Virus record (IMG/VR): IMGVR_UViG_3300032280_000731 | Location: 1-48,961 of that record | Strand: one strand, 5' to 3' | Origin: a virus | Lineage: Duplodnaviria; Caudoviricetes | Length of the DNA: 48,961 nucleotides | Part shown: positions 16,149-26,689 of the stretch, one piece after another | Layout of the letters: each line of letters begins with the position of its first letter | How positions within the stretch are numbered: position 1 is the first letter of the stretch | The notes under the pieces: model-generated | What the model was told of the DNA's origin: nothing | The model's input: only the letters and a program-made list of their open reading frames with translations | Database searches by the model: none | Translations under genes and position numbers: made by a program

Positions 16149-16865
16149 TCACCTTTCTTCGTTCTCATCATCATCACCTGGGCGCACATCAATTTTTGAC
16201 CAAGTATTTGGCTTATTTTTAGATTTCACAAAGAAATTTGATTTAACATGACCGCATAGATAATCCCTACACATATTAGGTCTTTCTTGATAAATATTGC
16301 ACATACCATTCATATTGTTGAGGAACTTACAAGCAAAGTGTGGACCTTCTACTTGCATTCTCATAATTGGATATGTTTCTTTTCTTTCGAAGATATCATG
16401 CCCATTAAAAAAGTTACGTCCAATCAATACGCCTTCTTCATAGTCAATAACAATATCTTGTCGTGTTACTGCAATACCACGCTTTTTAAACCATTCTACT
16501 ATCTTCTTAATCCACTTGTCATCTAATGGTCCAAGGACGTGTTCAAGTCCAAGTGGACTAAGACGACAACACATGGATTTTGTCCCTGGAATTCCACAAC
16601 AGTTTCCAAGACAGGTTTCCATGGCTTTTTTATCTGTCCAATGTTCTCTTTCTGAATTTGGTTTAGGAGGATGCATATCCATATGATTAAGGTAAACTAC
16701 TGGAAGATAGAAGCGATTCTCTTTTTTCAGATCATGAAGCTCTTCTTTAGAGAAATTATGCTTTTTATGATCAGATTCTAAGGCGATATCGTTTTCTTGT
16801 TCTAATTCTAACAAGTCTTCTATCGAAATAGTTCGAACTGTTTTAGTTGTTGTTTTATCGTCCAT
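16149..16865 (-). CDS. YkgJ-family cysteine cluster protein (CxxCxxCC type)
   Basis: CLGNCC…CC…CKFL…CNIYQERPNMCRDYLC. Confidence 0.8.
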   Translation of the reverse strand: MDDKTTTKTVRTISIEDLLELEQENDIALESDHKKHNFSKEELHDLKKENRFYLPVVYLNHMDMHPPKPNSEREHWTDKKAMETCLGNCCGIPGTKSMCCRLSPLGLEHVLGPLDDKWIKKIVEWFKKRGIAVTRQDIVIDYEEGVLIGRNFFNGHDIFERKETYPIMRMQVEGPHFACKFLNNMNGMCNIYQERPNMCRDYLCGHVKSNFFVKSKNKPNTWSKIDVRPGDDDENEER

Positions 16866-16928
16866 ATGTTTATCAAACCAGAAAACTACTTATTACAGTA
16901 ATTTATCTACTTGGAGTTTAGTTGTACT

Positions 16929-18785
16929 ATGTCATATCTTCGCAAAGAATATAAAGAATATAAACACTTTAAAGAGGAAATCTTTAAAGAAGCCGCTGAA
17001 GCATGGACTGAAGAAAACGTTATACTAATCAATGAACGTCTTAATCGTAATGCCATATATCGTTTAAACTCTGCCATAGAACGTTTTGATAACAAGTTTG
17101 GACCATATCGTGACAAACTGCCAGCTATAGCAGACATTCTCAGCAATGCGGAGAACGGTTTACATTTGGTTATAACGGGTAAAGTTGGCTCAAGAACAAC
17201 GGCTCAGATGCTTCAACGTATGAGCATCATGTATAATATATTATCAAACTTTTTTGGTGGAGATTTGGGGGCGCTTCTTAAAACTCCAGCTTTCCGTATA
17301 TCGCAAAATCAACCAGATGAAAAAATAGATAAGATTGCAGATCGTGGTCATGACGTAAAAGCTATTAGAAGAACTCTTGCATCGGCTCTTAAGCCAAATG
17401 ATCAAGAGAGACTGCTCTTTAGAAGAGCATACAAAAGCTTTGATATGCCAACTCTTGATTGGAATATGGCTGCAAAACAGTTATGTTGCTTGTCTGTTAA
17501 TGAATTACAAGACTTGGCTGGTATCGAACGAGTTCCAATGGTCGTTATAGATGAACCTCATGAGGACACTAACACGTCGGGAGAAACTGGATTAGATGAA
17601 AGAACTGCCAGCAATACTGCTGCTGCTGTGGCTGGAACAGTTGTGGGAGGAGGAGTTGCAGCCGCAGTTGGAGGAGGTATCGCTGCTGGCAAAGCATTAG
17701 CTGGTCGTTTTAAGGGACCAACCCCTCAAGATATTGCCGAAATGAACAAATATTTTAAAAGAATTGAAACTACAATTCCTGACGGAGAAGAAACCGCTAA
17801 ATTAAAGAATGGCTTGAAAACATTAGAAGCTAATATTAAAAAAGCCGAAGGCGGTGCAAAATTTGCGGGATGGAACCCGCTTAGAAATCCAACACAGCGT
17901 GCAATATCTCAAGGAAAACAAATAATAGATATCTTTGAAAAGTTGGGACAAGCATGGACAGCAGCACGAGGCAAATATAAAGATCCTTTAGAAGATGATG
18001 ACATTGCAAACATTGAAAAGATGTTATTAACTCAAGTCAATAGTGTTGGGCAAAAACTTGGTCGTCTTTTTAAGACCAACTTACCTTCAGGTTTAACTGC
18101 AAAAGATATTGTTAATGCATTAGTTTCTCTTGCAAAAAAGCCAACAACTGAACCAGGTGCTCCAGTTCCAACAAATGTCAACGAAAATTATTTAGATCAA
18201 ATATTTTCTCAGATGCCAAATAAAAAAATGTTATCAGAAAGCTTGATATATCAATTTGAAATATTTGAAGAATTTGAACATTTTCTTAATGGCTCTTTGT
18301 TGGCAGAGGGCTTTGAAGATTTAGATAGTTTATTAGTTAAATTTGCAAATATAAAAACAAATATTGATGACAAATTTGAAAAACAAGAGACGTTGGCGAG
18401 TTCTGGTTCTGGTCAAGCAGCACAACAAGGAGCTGCTACACCACAAAAAGGTATACCAAATAATCCTGAAGAAGAAGCGAATAAGCTTCCAGATATTACT
18501 GAAGAAAATATCAATGCTGCTTTATCTGGGCTCCAAAGAATCAAACAAAATGATTTGGCTCCGGAGACTATTCAAGAGTTTAATAATCTTTTGAAAAACT
18601 CAGGAATACCAGAAATTTCAGATATCAATTCTGTAGAAAATATGATTAAAACTTATCAAAGTATTCTCGTAAAAGATCAAGAAATAAATCAATTGATTGA
18701 AATGTTAGAAGATGTTGAAATTCAAGCAGAACAAATGCAACAACAGACACCACCGACGACGGCAACACCGGTTCAGCCTCAATAG
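16929..18785 (+). CDS. large hypothetical protein, candidate internal head/ejection protein
   Basis: Gly/Ala hydrophobic segment (AAAVAGTVVGGGVAAAVGGGIAAG) and several LxE motifs; likely start 16929. Confidence 0.7.
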   Translation: MSYLRKEYKEYKHFKEEIFKEAAEAWTEENVILINERLNRNAIYRLNSAIERFDNKFGPYRDKLPAIADILSNAENGLHLVITGKVGSRTTAQMLQRMSIMYNILSNFFGGDLGALLKTPAFRISQNQPDEKIDKIADRGHDVKAIRRTLASALKPNDQERLLFRRAYKSFDMPTLDWNMAAKQLCCLSVNELQDLAGIERVPMVVIDEPHEDTNTSGETGLDERTASNTAAAVAGTVVGGGVAAAVGGGIAAGKALAGRFKGPTPQDIAEMNKYFKRIETTIPDGEETAKLKNGLKTLEANIKKAEGGAKFAGWNPLRNPTQRAISQGKQIIDIFEKLGQAWTAARGKYKDPLEDDDIANIEKMLLTQVNSVGQKLGRLFKTNLPSGLTAKDIVNALVSLAKKPTTEPGAPVPTNVNENYLDQIFSQMPNKKMLSESLIYQFEIFEEFEHFLNGSLLAEGFEDLDSLLVKFANIKTNIDDKFEKQETLASSGSGQAAQQGAATPQKGIPNNPEEEANKLPDITEENINAALSGLQRIKQNDLAPETIQEFNNLLKNSGIPEISDINSVENMIKTYQSILVKDQEINQLIEMLEDVEIQAEQMQQQTPPTTATPVQPQ

Positions 18786-18793
18786 GTAAAAAT

Positions 18794-19399
18794 ATGACTA
18801 CACCAAGACAGAAATTAGTATCAGAAATTAAAGACATATTGAAAACTCAATATGATATAAAAACTTTAAAAGAAGTAATAGCTGCCAGTTCAGCAGCCGC
18901 TGTGGAGGATTTGATTAAAAAGAATCCAAACATTGACCTTAAAACTTTAAGAACCTCTTTAGGAAAAGCGGGTCATGGCGGAACAAAACAAATAGCTCAA
19001 ACAGATTTAGATACAATCAAAAAACAATTAGGAATTCCTGTTCAGACTGTCGCTCCAACAAAACAGCCGGGTATTCCTCAACAACCTCAAATCACAGCTC
19101 CTGTTCCAAAATCTAACGATACTGACAATAAGATAGAACAATCCGAGATAGATAGAGTTAAAAAATTAACAACCTTAGTAAGCATCTTGCCAAAAGATTA
19201 TGTTACACAGTTAAATAAAAACATAACAGGTTTAGGAATTCAAGGAGTTCAAGATATTGCATCAGCAGAGAAGTTCATAGATGATTATGACTCTATCTTT
19301 TTAAATTTTGAAGATTATAAAGGATTGATTCATATACTTGGTTCTTTAACAGATACAAAAAAATATCCATCGACGCCGAAGACCCAAGCCACAAAATAA
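18794..19399 (+). CDS. hypothetical protein with a C-terminus resembling that of 16929-18785
   Basis: LNKNITGLGIQGVQDIASAEKFIDDYDSI resembles FNNLLKNSGIPEISDINSVENMIKTYQSI. Confidence 0.7.
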   Translation: MTTPRQKLVSEIKDILKTQYDIKTLKEVIAASSAAAVEDLIKKNPNIDLKTLRTSLGKAGHGGTKQIAQTDLDTIKKQLGIPVQTVAPTKQPGIPQQPQITAPVPKSNDTDNKIEQSEIDRVKKLTTLVSILPKDYVTQLNKNITGLGIQGVQDIASAEKFIDDYDSIFLNFEDYKGLIHILGSLTDTKKYPSTPKTQATK

Positions 19400-19472
19400 A
19401 AGTTGATAACAGCAATATATATATTGCCGTATAGAATATTTATAACATAACATAGCAACTAAAAGAGGATAT

Positions 19473-21746
19473 ATGTCTGAAAACAAAAATACAATTGATA
19501 TATCATTAGATGAACTTTTATCAGAACATTTTGATAAAAATATCTTGTCAGAACAAGTTGGTGCTGGTGGTGTTCCCATGCCAGATGGCAATCAAATAAA
19601 AGCCTTCTATAATGCATTGAGTGCTGCAACGAGGGGTCGAACCGGTAGTAGAACTGCTGTGTCTGCATTTAATCGATTAGCTGATCGTATGTTTGGTCCA
19701 GGTGTAGATACTCAACAGTTGCATGATATCATGCATCAACAATATCCACAAATGGATTTGCCAGGACGTTCAGCTCTAAGAACAGGCACAAGATTTTTAG
19801 ATGCAGCATCTAATGTTGTCAAAAAAGGTGCAGATATTGTTAAAAAAGGAGCCACGGCAAAAGGCATTGCGGCAACGAAGCTTGGGGCGGCTGCCGGTGG
19901 TGGCATGGGATTAGGAACTGGTTTAGCTGTAGCAGGTGGTGCTGTAGCAGCCGGTGCGGCTGCAAGAGCAGCATGGAACATATGGCATTCAAAGATGAAA
20001 CCACAAGTTGATTCTCTGGAAGCTACGTTAGATGAATTACAAGCAAGAACAACTAAGCTTCAATCTAAAGCTTTCACACAAGCTATGGCGGGTTTCAATC
20101 AAAGATTTGATACGGCAATGAAAGGTGCAGCATTTAGAGATTCAGATCGTGTTATTCTTGGTCAAGCAATGGCATTGATTGATTTCTACAATAATCTTGC
20201 ACAAACAATGTTTAAAGTTCAAAAAATGCAAGCTGCTCGAGATATTTCCGGAACCGGTGGCAAAATAGGAGTTGCAGGTGGAAACGTTAAGATCATGGAA
20301 GAACCAGGTTTAAAAGAAGAATATTCTTTACAAGAGCTGTTTGGATTTGGCAAAAAGAAAGAACAAGAGTTTCAATCGGATGACACGCCAGATGATGATA
20401 CAACAACTAGTGATTCAAAAACTGACAGCAAAAAAGACAATGCTAAAAATTGGGAAAGTAAAGTCAATTCAGTTTTTAGCACTCTTAGAGCAGGCACTCT
20501 TTCAGGAGCGCCGAGCAAATTTACCGGTGCAATTAAAAATATGTGGGCAACAATTGGTTTCAAGCCTGCAAAGACAAATCTACCTCCAGAATTTAATGAA
20601 CAAGCAATTGATTCGTTGATTGCCGGGTTCTTAAATACAATATTAGCACCTGGAAGTGGCGGTGCTCAAGGCGCTCTTAAGCTTTCAGAAATGGCAACAG
20701 GTATCGATGAGTGCTTAGGCAAGACACTAATGGAAATGTCTGCAAAATATGATCTTGCAGTTCTTACTGAAGACCTTCAAGCATTTATGCTACGCACCCC
20801 TGATTTAAGTGCAATTGCAGATGAAACTGCTCAAGCGGCGACACCTCCACCTCCGGCAGATTCTCAAGAAATTAAAAAAGTAGTAGCTCAAACCTCTCCA
20901 GAAGGTGATAAAGGTGTAGATTCCGCAGGAGTTCCAGGTGCTGCTCCAAAATCCGCTCCAGGCGTTGCACCAGGAGGCGCACCAAAAGGCGCTGCTCCTG
21001 CGCCAAAACAACCTGTTTCAAACTTGCTTGACGACGCCACATTAAGAAAGATTGCTCCAGCAGCTTTGCAATTATTTCAATCTCAAACTCAGGACAGAAA
21101 AAAGTTTACAACAGCGGCAGCAAATGGTGCAATTAGAATTGGCAAAAAGCCAATAAAACTTAATCCAGAACAATCAAAACAAGTAATCGACTTCATTAAG
21201 GGAAATATAGGCGCTGATCGATCTGGTGGTGGTGTTATTGCAAGCGGTGGACAGGGTGTGGACATGGTTGGTCCAAATTCATCTGTTGCCGCTTCTCTGC
21301 AAGATCCTACATTAATGGCGAAGAATAAGCAAAGAATGCAGTTTATTAGAGATTTGACGCCATCTAGTCGTGGTGCTCGCCCAATCGGAATACAGTCATT
21401 CTTACAAGCTGCCAAGGCTGGCAAAGTAAATCCACAAACTGGTGAACTAGAAATTCGACAATATGGCATTTCTTTAGACCCAGCGCAACAACAACAAGCT
21501 AAAGCTCTTGGATTACTTGAAAGACTTTATAAGCTTATGGGAGCCATGACTCTACTTGAAAATAAAATTGCAACTCTTATTAATAGCAAGAGCATAATCA
21601 AGGAAAGTGCTAAACTTATAGAAACCAATAATAAAATTGAAATATTTATAGCTTATCAAAAGCAATTTGAAAAAGCACTTAAAGAAACAATCTTCAAAAT
21701 TGGATTGTTAGATGTAAACATCAACGCACAATATAATCAAGCATGA
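19473..21746 (+). CDS. large hypothetical protein, candidate internal head/ejection protein
   Basis: Many L/IxE motifs, a Gly/Ala hydrophobic stretch and Pro/Ala/Gly linkers; ATATTTA upstream. Confidence 0.7.
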   Translation: MSENKNTIDISLDELLSEHFDKNILSEQVGAGGVPMPDGNQIKAFYNALSAATRGRTGSRTAVSAFNRLADRMFGPGVDTQQLHDIMHQQYPQMDLPGRSALRTGTRFLDAASNVVKKGADIVKKGATAKGIAATKLGAAAGGGMGLGTGLAVAGGAVAAGAAARAAWNIWHSKMKPQVDSLEATLDELQARTTKLQSKAFTQAMAGFNQRFDTAMKGAAFRDSDRVILGQAMALIDFYNNLAQTMFKVQKMQAARDISGTGGKIGVAGGNVKIMEEPGLKEEYSLQELFGFGKKKEQEFQSDDTPDDDTTTSDSKTDSKKDNAKNWESKVNSVFSTLRAGTLSGAPSKFTGAIKNMWATIGFKPAKTNLPPEFNEQAIDSLIAGFLNTILAPGSGGAQGALKLSEMATGIDECLGKTLMEMSAKYDLAVLTEDLQAFMLRTPDLSAIADETAQAATPPPPADSQEIKKVVAQTSPEGDKGVDSAGVPGAAPKSAPGVAPGGAPKGAAPAPKQPVSNLLDDATLRKIAPAALQLFQSQTQDRKKFTTAAANGAIRIGKKPIKLNPEQSKQVIDFIKGNIGADRSGGGVIASGGQGVDMVGPNSSVAASLQDPTLMAKNKQRMQFIRDLTPSSRGARPIGIQSFLQAAKAGKVNPQTGELEIRQYGISLDPAQQQQAKALGLLERLYKLMGAMTLLENKIATLINSKSIIKESAKLIETNNKIEIFIAYQKQFEKALKETIFKIGLLDVNINAQYNQA

Positions 21747-23128
21747 TAAACCATGCCGTTGCTTGATAGTAGAAGCAACATGGTTTTACCAACAATATGA
21801 AGGGTTGCCAGCAAGCTTAAAGTTGGCAACTCTTTTTTTTCTTCTGATAGTCTTGCAAGACCGTCATAGATGGCTCTGGAAACGTCTGTATGCCCTCTAT
21901 CCATCTTAGACAAGAGGAAGTCAAGGTTTATGATGCCATGGTTTAAAATCGTTTTTACAGCCCGCAAACCGTTATCTAATTTAACTCTTACATCGTCTAA
22001 GTTATTGGCAGGCATATTTGGAAGATGGATTACTACAGAGTTAGAAACGAGACTACGCAAACGTTTATCTATAAGATTAACAATATCTTCCACCGGCTCG
22101 GATTGTCTTTTTTCTACAAGATATCTTATTTGGGCGGCAACTGCATTGTGAGATGAACGTTGTTGTATCGTAACTTGAGAACGATTGCAACGTATCTTAT
22201 CTACAATTGGAATATCATCATAATTTAGGAAACATAATCTATCGCCTTTAAGGCTTGTGACTGGAGTTGTGTTACATGCCTTAGCCATATCAGATATAAT
22301 GTTAATGCTTTCCAAATCTGGCATAACTCGAAGAGCAATGCATTCAAAGTTACCACGTTCTTGATTTGCCTTAAGTGTAGCTACTATTTCTTCAGAGAAG
22401 CCTTGGGCTAATAACAAGAGAGGGATCTTTGTTTCATGAGATTTCGTAAGGATATGATCTATTTCAGAAACATCTTCTAAGACGCCATCGATCAAGATAA
22501 CCTTACATTTATTTGCTTCCCATATATCATTATTTTTTAAGAAGAAGTTATATGGGTTAACTTTAAAGGTATATCCAAGTTTTTGTTCTATGAGGTAGTT
22601 GTCTTGTTTACCATTTTCTATATAAACTTTACCTTCTAATCCTGTTAGGGATACTGCTTCCCAAACCACGTCAGCCAAAATCTGATCATAACCAACGGCA
22701 ACCAGTATAGAATTTTTGATATGGTTTATTGAAGCTGGTTGGGAGATGGTTTGGGTGAGTTTGGATATCCTATCTACTTCTAATTGGTAGCCTTCCACAA
22801 CTTTAGTTGAGTTATCTTTTATTTCATCTCCAGAGAGTAGGGATTTGCTAAAAGAGTTTGCAAACACGAAGGAGTTAGGACCAGCACCTTGGCTCAACAC
22901 TTCTGTTTGATAAGCTATATTGAATATATGGGAACAGTAGGCACGTTCCAATCTATCTTTGGGTTGCAGAAGATTGATTATGAAGTGGTATGTATCTTTA
23001 TTAAGCGAATATAGCTGTTGAGATAAAGCTTTTTCTACTTTTTTGTAGATATTTTCAAGGTTCTCGGCAGTATCAAGAAAACTTCTATTGATTATACTTT
23101 TATTAGCCCATGTAGTCTTGTGTAGCAT
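21737..23128 (-). CDS. divergent GroEL/cpn60-like chaperonin
   Basis: GLEGKVYIE, VILIDGVLEDVSEI…PLLLLAQGFSEEIVATLKAN…IISDMA and RLRSL match the GroEL intermediate and apical domains. The GDGTTT motif position reads GAGPNS. Confidence 0.7.
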   Translation of the reverse strand: MLHKTTWANKSIINRSFLDTAENLENIYKKVEKALSQQLYSLNKDTYHFIINLLQPKDRLERAYCSHIFNIAYQTEVLSQGAGPNSFVFANSFSKSLLSGDEIKDNSTKVVEGYQLEVDRISKLTQTISQPASINHIKNSILVAVGYDQILADVVWEAVSLTGLEGKVYIENGKQDNYLIEQKLGYTFKVNPYNFFLKNNDIWEANKCKVILIDGVLEDVSEIDHILTKSHETKIPLLLLAQGFSEEIVATLKANQERGNFECIALRVMPDLESINIISDMAKACNTTPVTSLKGDRLCFLNYDDIPIVDKIRCNRSQVTIQQRSSHNAVAAQIRYLVEKRQSEPVEDIVNLIDKRLRSLVSNSVVIHLPNMPANNLDDVRVKLDNGLRAVKTILNHGIINLDFLLSKMDRGHTDVSRAIYDGLARLSEEKKELPTLSLLATLHIVGKTMLLLLSSNGMVYHA

Positions 23129-23172
23129 ATTTATATGAGGGTATGTTGGGAGCATAACTGGAGGGTGTCTGT

Positions 23173-23730
23173 ATGTCTGAAACAAGTAGAAGTGTCGCAG
23201 AGAAGATGAAGCTTGAAATGCTCGAGACACTATTAAAGGGAATTAACGATAAGCTTCAAAAGGCTGAAGTTTTGAACGGCGGCTTTGATCGTCTTCAGAA
23301 GGATATGGCATCTCTTCGTGGAGATGTTGGAGAAATTCGCACAGAAGTTTATAAAGTCAATTCTGAGTTAACTCATATGCGAGCTCAGAATAGTGACTTC
23401 AAAAAACAACTTGAAGATTACAGCGAAGCGATATATCATCCAGATGATGGTATATACAGTCGCATACGTAGGACAAGTGATTTAGAAGATTTGAGAGAGC
23501 AAAAGATTGATAAGGCTCTTGAAAAGATAGATGCAGTTCAAAAAACTATCGATCCAATTCAAAAGACTGATATGGATTTAAAGAAGATAGCTGGAGATGA
23601 TCTCAGAGAACTTTCTACCATAGTAAAGACCCGTCATAACATTGATCGTATATTTTGGATATTAGTAACTGCCATAATAGGTGGTGGAGCCAAAGTTATA
23701 TGGGATTTGATATCTGCTGCTGGTCATTAA
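23173..23730 (+). CDS. coiled-coil protein with C-terminal TM helix
   Basis: Heptad-rich body followed by IFWILVTAIIGGGAKVIW. Confidence 0.75.
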   Translation: MSETSRSVAEKMKLEMLETLLKGINDKLQKAEVLNGGFDRLQKDMASLRGDVGEIRTEVYKVNSELTHMRAQNSDFKKQLEDYSEAIYHPDDGIYSRIRRTSDLEDLREQKIDKALEKIDAVQKTIDPIQKTDMDLKKIAGDDLRELSTIVKTRHNIDRIFWILVTAIIGGGAKVIWDLISAAGH

Positions 23731-23803
23731 TTAGACAATCCCCTTTTACGCCAATAAATTACGTAATTAAAACAACAACATATATATTGTTGAGGAGTAA
23801 TTT

Positions 23804-24034
23804 ATGAGTGAAGCAGTAAAAACCCCAGAAGAGATACTTGCAAGTTGGGCAGACCTTCGTGTAAGTCTTGAAGAATTGGACAAGGATCTAACTAAAAATC
23901 TAACCAAAGGAAATGTTGCCGCTGGACGCAGAGCCCGTGCTGGCTTCCGTGATCTTAAGAAGGCTGTTACGTCTTTAATGAAGGATATGGTAGCTTTAGA
24001 AAAAGCTACTGAAGCCTCAGAAGAAAAAGGTTGA
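23804..24034 (+). CDS. histone H1-like (Hc1-type) DNA-binding protein
   Basis: KGNVAAGRRAR…DLKK motif of the Hc1 family. Confidence 0.7.
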   Translation: MSEAVKTPEEILASWADLRVSLEELDKDLTKNLTKGNVAAGRRARAGFRDLKKAVTSLMKDMVALEKATEASEEKG

Positions 24035-24039
24035 TAATC

Positions 24040-24498
24040 ATGGGATTATTTAAAGGTTTATCGGATAAGCCTTACACAAAGGCTGACTATTATCGTGAGT
24101 TAGAAGAAAAAGCAGAAGCCAAACGTGCAGCAGTAGCTGCAAATGCTTTTGTTGTTAATCCAATTAGAGAAGCTGCTTGGATTGAGCCGGAAGAAAAAAA
24201 AGTAGTAGAGACTGTATTGCACACCAATATTGTTGAAACGGTTACGGAAGTTGCTTTTGAGATTGAAGCAGTAGTTGAACAAACAGTTGTTGCAGCAATC
24301 ACGGAAGTTGTAATTCCCGAACCTACTGTTATGCCAGAGCCAACAGTTATAACCGAGCCAGTTATTGTTGCAGAAAGTGCAACAATTTCAACGCCAAAAG
24401 AAACAATTGAAGCAAAAACAGAGATAGTTTCTATTAAGCCAAACGTTGTTGAACAAGCAACGTCGGTTCAAAAAGTAAATAAAAGAAAGAAGAGCTGA
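24040..24498 (+). CDS. low-complexity Val/Glu/Pro-rich protein
   Basis: PEPTV repeats and a basic C-terminus. Confidence 0.6.
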   Translation: MGLFKGLSDKPYTKADYYRELEEKAEAKRAAVAANAFVVNPIREAAWIEPEEKKVVETVLHTNIVETVTEVAFEIEAVVEQTVVAAITEVVIPEPTVMPEPTVITEPVIVAESATISTPKETIEAKTEIVSIKPNVVEQATSVQKVNKRKKS

Positions 24499-24507
24499 TA
24501 TCAAATA

Positions 24508-25878
24508 ATGAAAACTCTAATCCTTGACACCAATGTTTTGTTAACGGATCCGGATAGCCTATATGCCTTTGAAGAAAATGAGATAGTTCTTCCTTTTACA
24601 ACAATTGAAGAACTGGATAAAATCAAAAGCCGTCCTAATGAAGTTGGAGCCAATGCCCGTGAATGTGCTCGGCGTCTATCAGAGATGTTATCTGATAACG
24701 CTCAAGGCGCTTTGAAAACTGGTGTTAAGTTGCCTAATGGTGGCACTCTTCGTTTAGCAGCCGTAAGTGATTTTACTTATGATGAAGAATTGGGAGGCGA
24801 TTGGGATCCTACAAACAAAGATAATCATATTCTTCAGGTTTGCAGAGGATTAGCAAAACAACACAAGGATGAAGGTAAGCCAGCTCCTATTCTTGTAAGT
24901 CGTGATATTCTTCTTCGTGTCAAGTGTGATTTCCTTAATATTCCTTGTGAAGATTATAAGAATGCACAAGTAACCGATAACATCAGCGGCGTATATACTG
25001 GTTTTACACACCTCGACGTAGCCGAAGAAGACATTCAAGAATATTGGGAATGTGCAGATGATGTTCAGAAGGAATATTATTTGGAATTTGAGCCAGAGCT
25101 TCAAAGAGAATTGGTTCCTAATCAGTTCTTAATTCTTGAAGATCCAAATAGTGATGCAGAACCGGTTGTTCGTTATATCAACAAAGATCTTCCATTGAAG
25201 ATTGTGCATGACATTAAGGCTCCAGTATATGGTTTATTACCAAGAAACAAGGAACAAACTCTTGCATTAAATCTATTGTTAGATCCAGAGATTAAGCTTG
25301 TAACACTATTAGGAAGAGCCGGATGTGGTAAGACGCTTGCTTCTTTGGCTGCTGGTCTAAATCAGGTTATAGAAAAGAAACGTTATAAGAGTTTGTTTAT
25401 CTGTCGTCCAGTTGTGCCTGTTGGTAATGACATTGGGTTCCTTCCAGGCACCAAGGAAGAAAAGCTTGAACCATGGATTGCGCCTATTAAGGATAATCTT
25501 CGTTATCTTTTATTTAGCGGCAAGAAGTCACGTAATAATGAAATGAGTTTTAATCAGTTCTTTGAAGATGGACTTATTGAAGTTGAAGCTATTACATATC
25601 TTCGTGGTCGTTCTATTTCAGATGCTTTCATTATTATTGATGAAGCGCAAAATCTTACAACTCATGAACTTAAGACGATCATTACTCGTGTCGGTGAAAA
25701 CACCAAGCTTGTTTTGACTGGCGACGTAGATCAGATTGACAATATGTATATCAATGCTCTTAGCAATGGTTTAACTGTTGCAGTTGAAAGGTTCAAGCCT
25801 TACTCATTAGCTGGTCACGTTACCTTGTTGAAGGGTGAACGTTCTGAACTTGCAACTTTGGCATCAAAAATTTTATAG
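24508..25878 (+). CDS. phoH: PIN-PhoH (PhoH2/YlaK-type) protein
   Basis: LDTNVLL PIN domain; GRAGCGKT, IGFLPG, YLRGRS, IDEAQN and GDVDQID. Confidence 0.92.
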   Translation: MKTLILDTNVLLTDPDSLYAFEENEIVLPFTTIEELDKIKSRPNEVGANARECARRLSEMLSDNAQGALKTGVKLPNGGTLRLAAVSDFTYDEELGGDWDPTNKDNHILQVCRGLAKQHKDEGKPAPILVSRDILLRVKCDFLNIPCEDYKNAQVTDNISGVYTGFTHLDVAEEDIQEYWECADDVQKEYYLEFEPELQRELVPNQFLILEDPNSDAEPVVRYINKDLPLKIVHDIKAPVYGLLPRNKEQTLALNLLLDPEIKLVTLLGRAGCGKTLASLAAGLNQVIEKKRYKSLFICRPVVPVGNDIGFLPGTKEEKLEPWIAPIKDNLRYLLFSGKKSRNNEMSFNQFFEDGLIEVEAITYLRGRSISDAFIIIDEAQNLTTHELKTIITRVGENTKLVLTGDVDQIDNMYINALSNGLTVAVERFKPYSLAGHVTLLKGERSELATLASKIL

Positions 25879-25951
25879 GACATAAAACGTGCCCTCTAAC
25901 ATATACTTACTATATATTTGTGATTTATATTTAGGTTGATAATTACAGAAT

Positions 25952-26689
25952 GTGGCAAACGATAAATACATTAAAAACAGAAACCAATGGAGGAAATCCT
26001 ATCCTATAGGGGTTCCTCGTCGGCCACCTGTAATCATTACAGAAACTAAATTAGGAACAGATGGTAACACATATACCACAACTCTTGATTTAAATCAAAC
26101 AATACGTCATAGAGATGTATATAAGTTGCTTGGCGATACTAATGATATCGCTAATCTATTAGGCGAATATGATGAAGACTTAATTCACTTTAACAATGAA
26201 GAATATAAGTCTTTTTCTTATAATTTTATTTTCAGTAACAATCCAACTGTTGTATTTTCTGTAAATGCTGCCGACGTTGCCCAGCCAAATACGGAAAATC
26301 TTAATGTTTTTGGTATAGCCAGAAATACTGGTGGAGGAGTTGTTGCCTTATCTGCTCCATTTTCTGGCACAATAAGATATAGAGCGGCATATTCTACTTC
26401 ATACCCAAGTTATTTTACTGGTTCTGCGGCTTCTATATCCCCTACAGCGGGCGTATTTATAGCAAGCGTAGACAGAGAAGTCCCAGATGATGAAAGCTAT
26501 GTAACGGCAAGCTGGGCTCCTTTGGCTTCTGCTGGTCCTGTTGTTTTTCAATCGCCTTATGACGACAACTCAAATTATGATGGTAACGTTGCATTAAGCA
26601 CGAAATATGGAACGTTGAATAGTTCAAGCGAAGTAATTGAAATTTCTGCTCCTATGAGCAGTTCAATTTATGTATTGGCGGTTCAGTAG
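25952..26689 (+). CDS. probable virion structural protein
   Basis: Beta-rich (SAPFSGTIRYRA); first gene of the fibre cluster; ATATTTA upstream. Confidence 0.65.
   Translation: MANDKYIKNRNQWRKSYPIGVPRRPPVIITETKLGTDGNTYTTTLDLNQTIRHRDVYKLLGDTNDIANLLGEYDEDLIHFNNEEYKSFSYNFIFSNNPTVVFSVNAADVAQPNTENLNVFGIARNTGGGVVALSAPFSGTIRYRAAYSTSYPSYFTGSAASISPTAGVFIASVDREVPDDESYVTASWAPLASAGPVVFQSPYDDNSNYDGNVALSTKYGTLNSSSEVIEISAPMSSSIYVLAVQ

Noticed and set aside
23173-23730. Holin or spanin call
   Set aside because: The topology is compatible, but no endolysin or lipoprotein partner is nearby; left as a TM coiled-coil protein.
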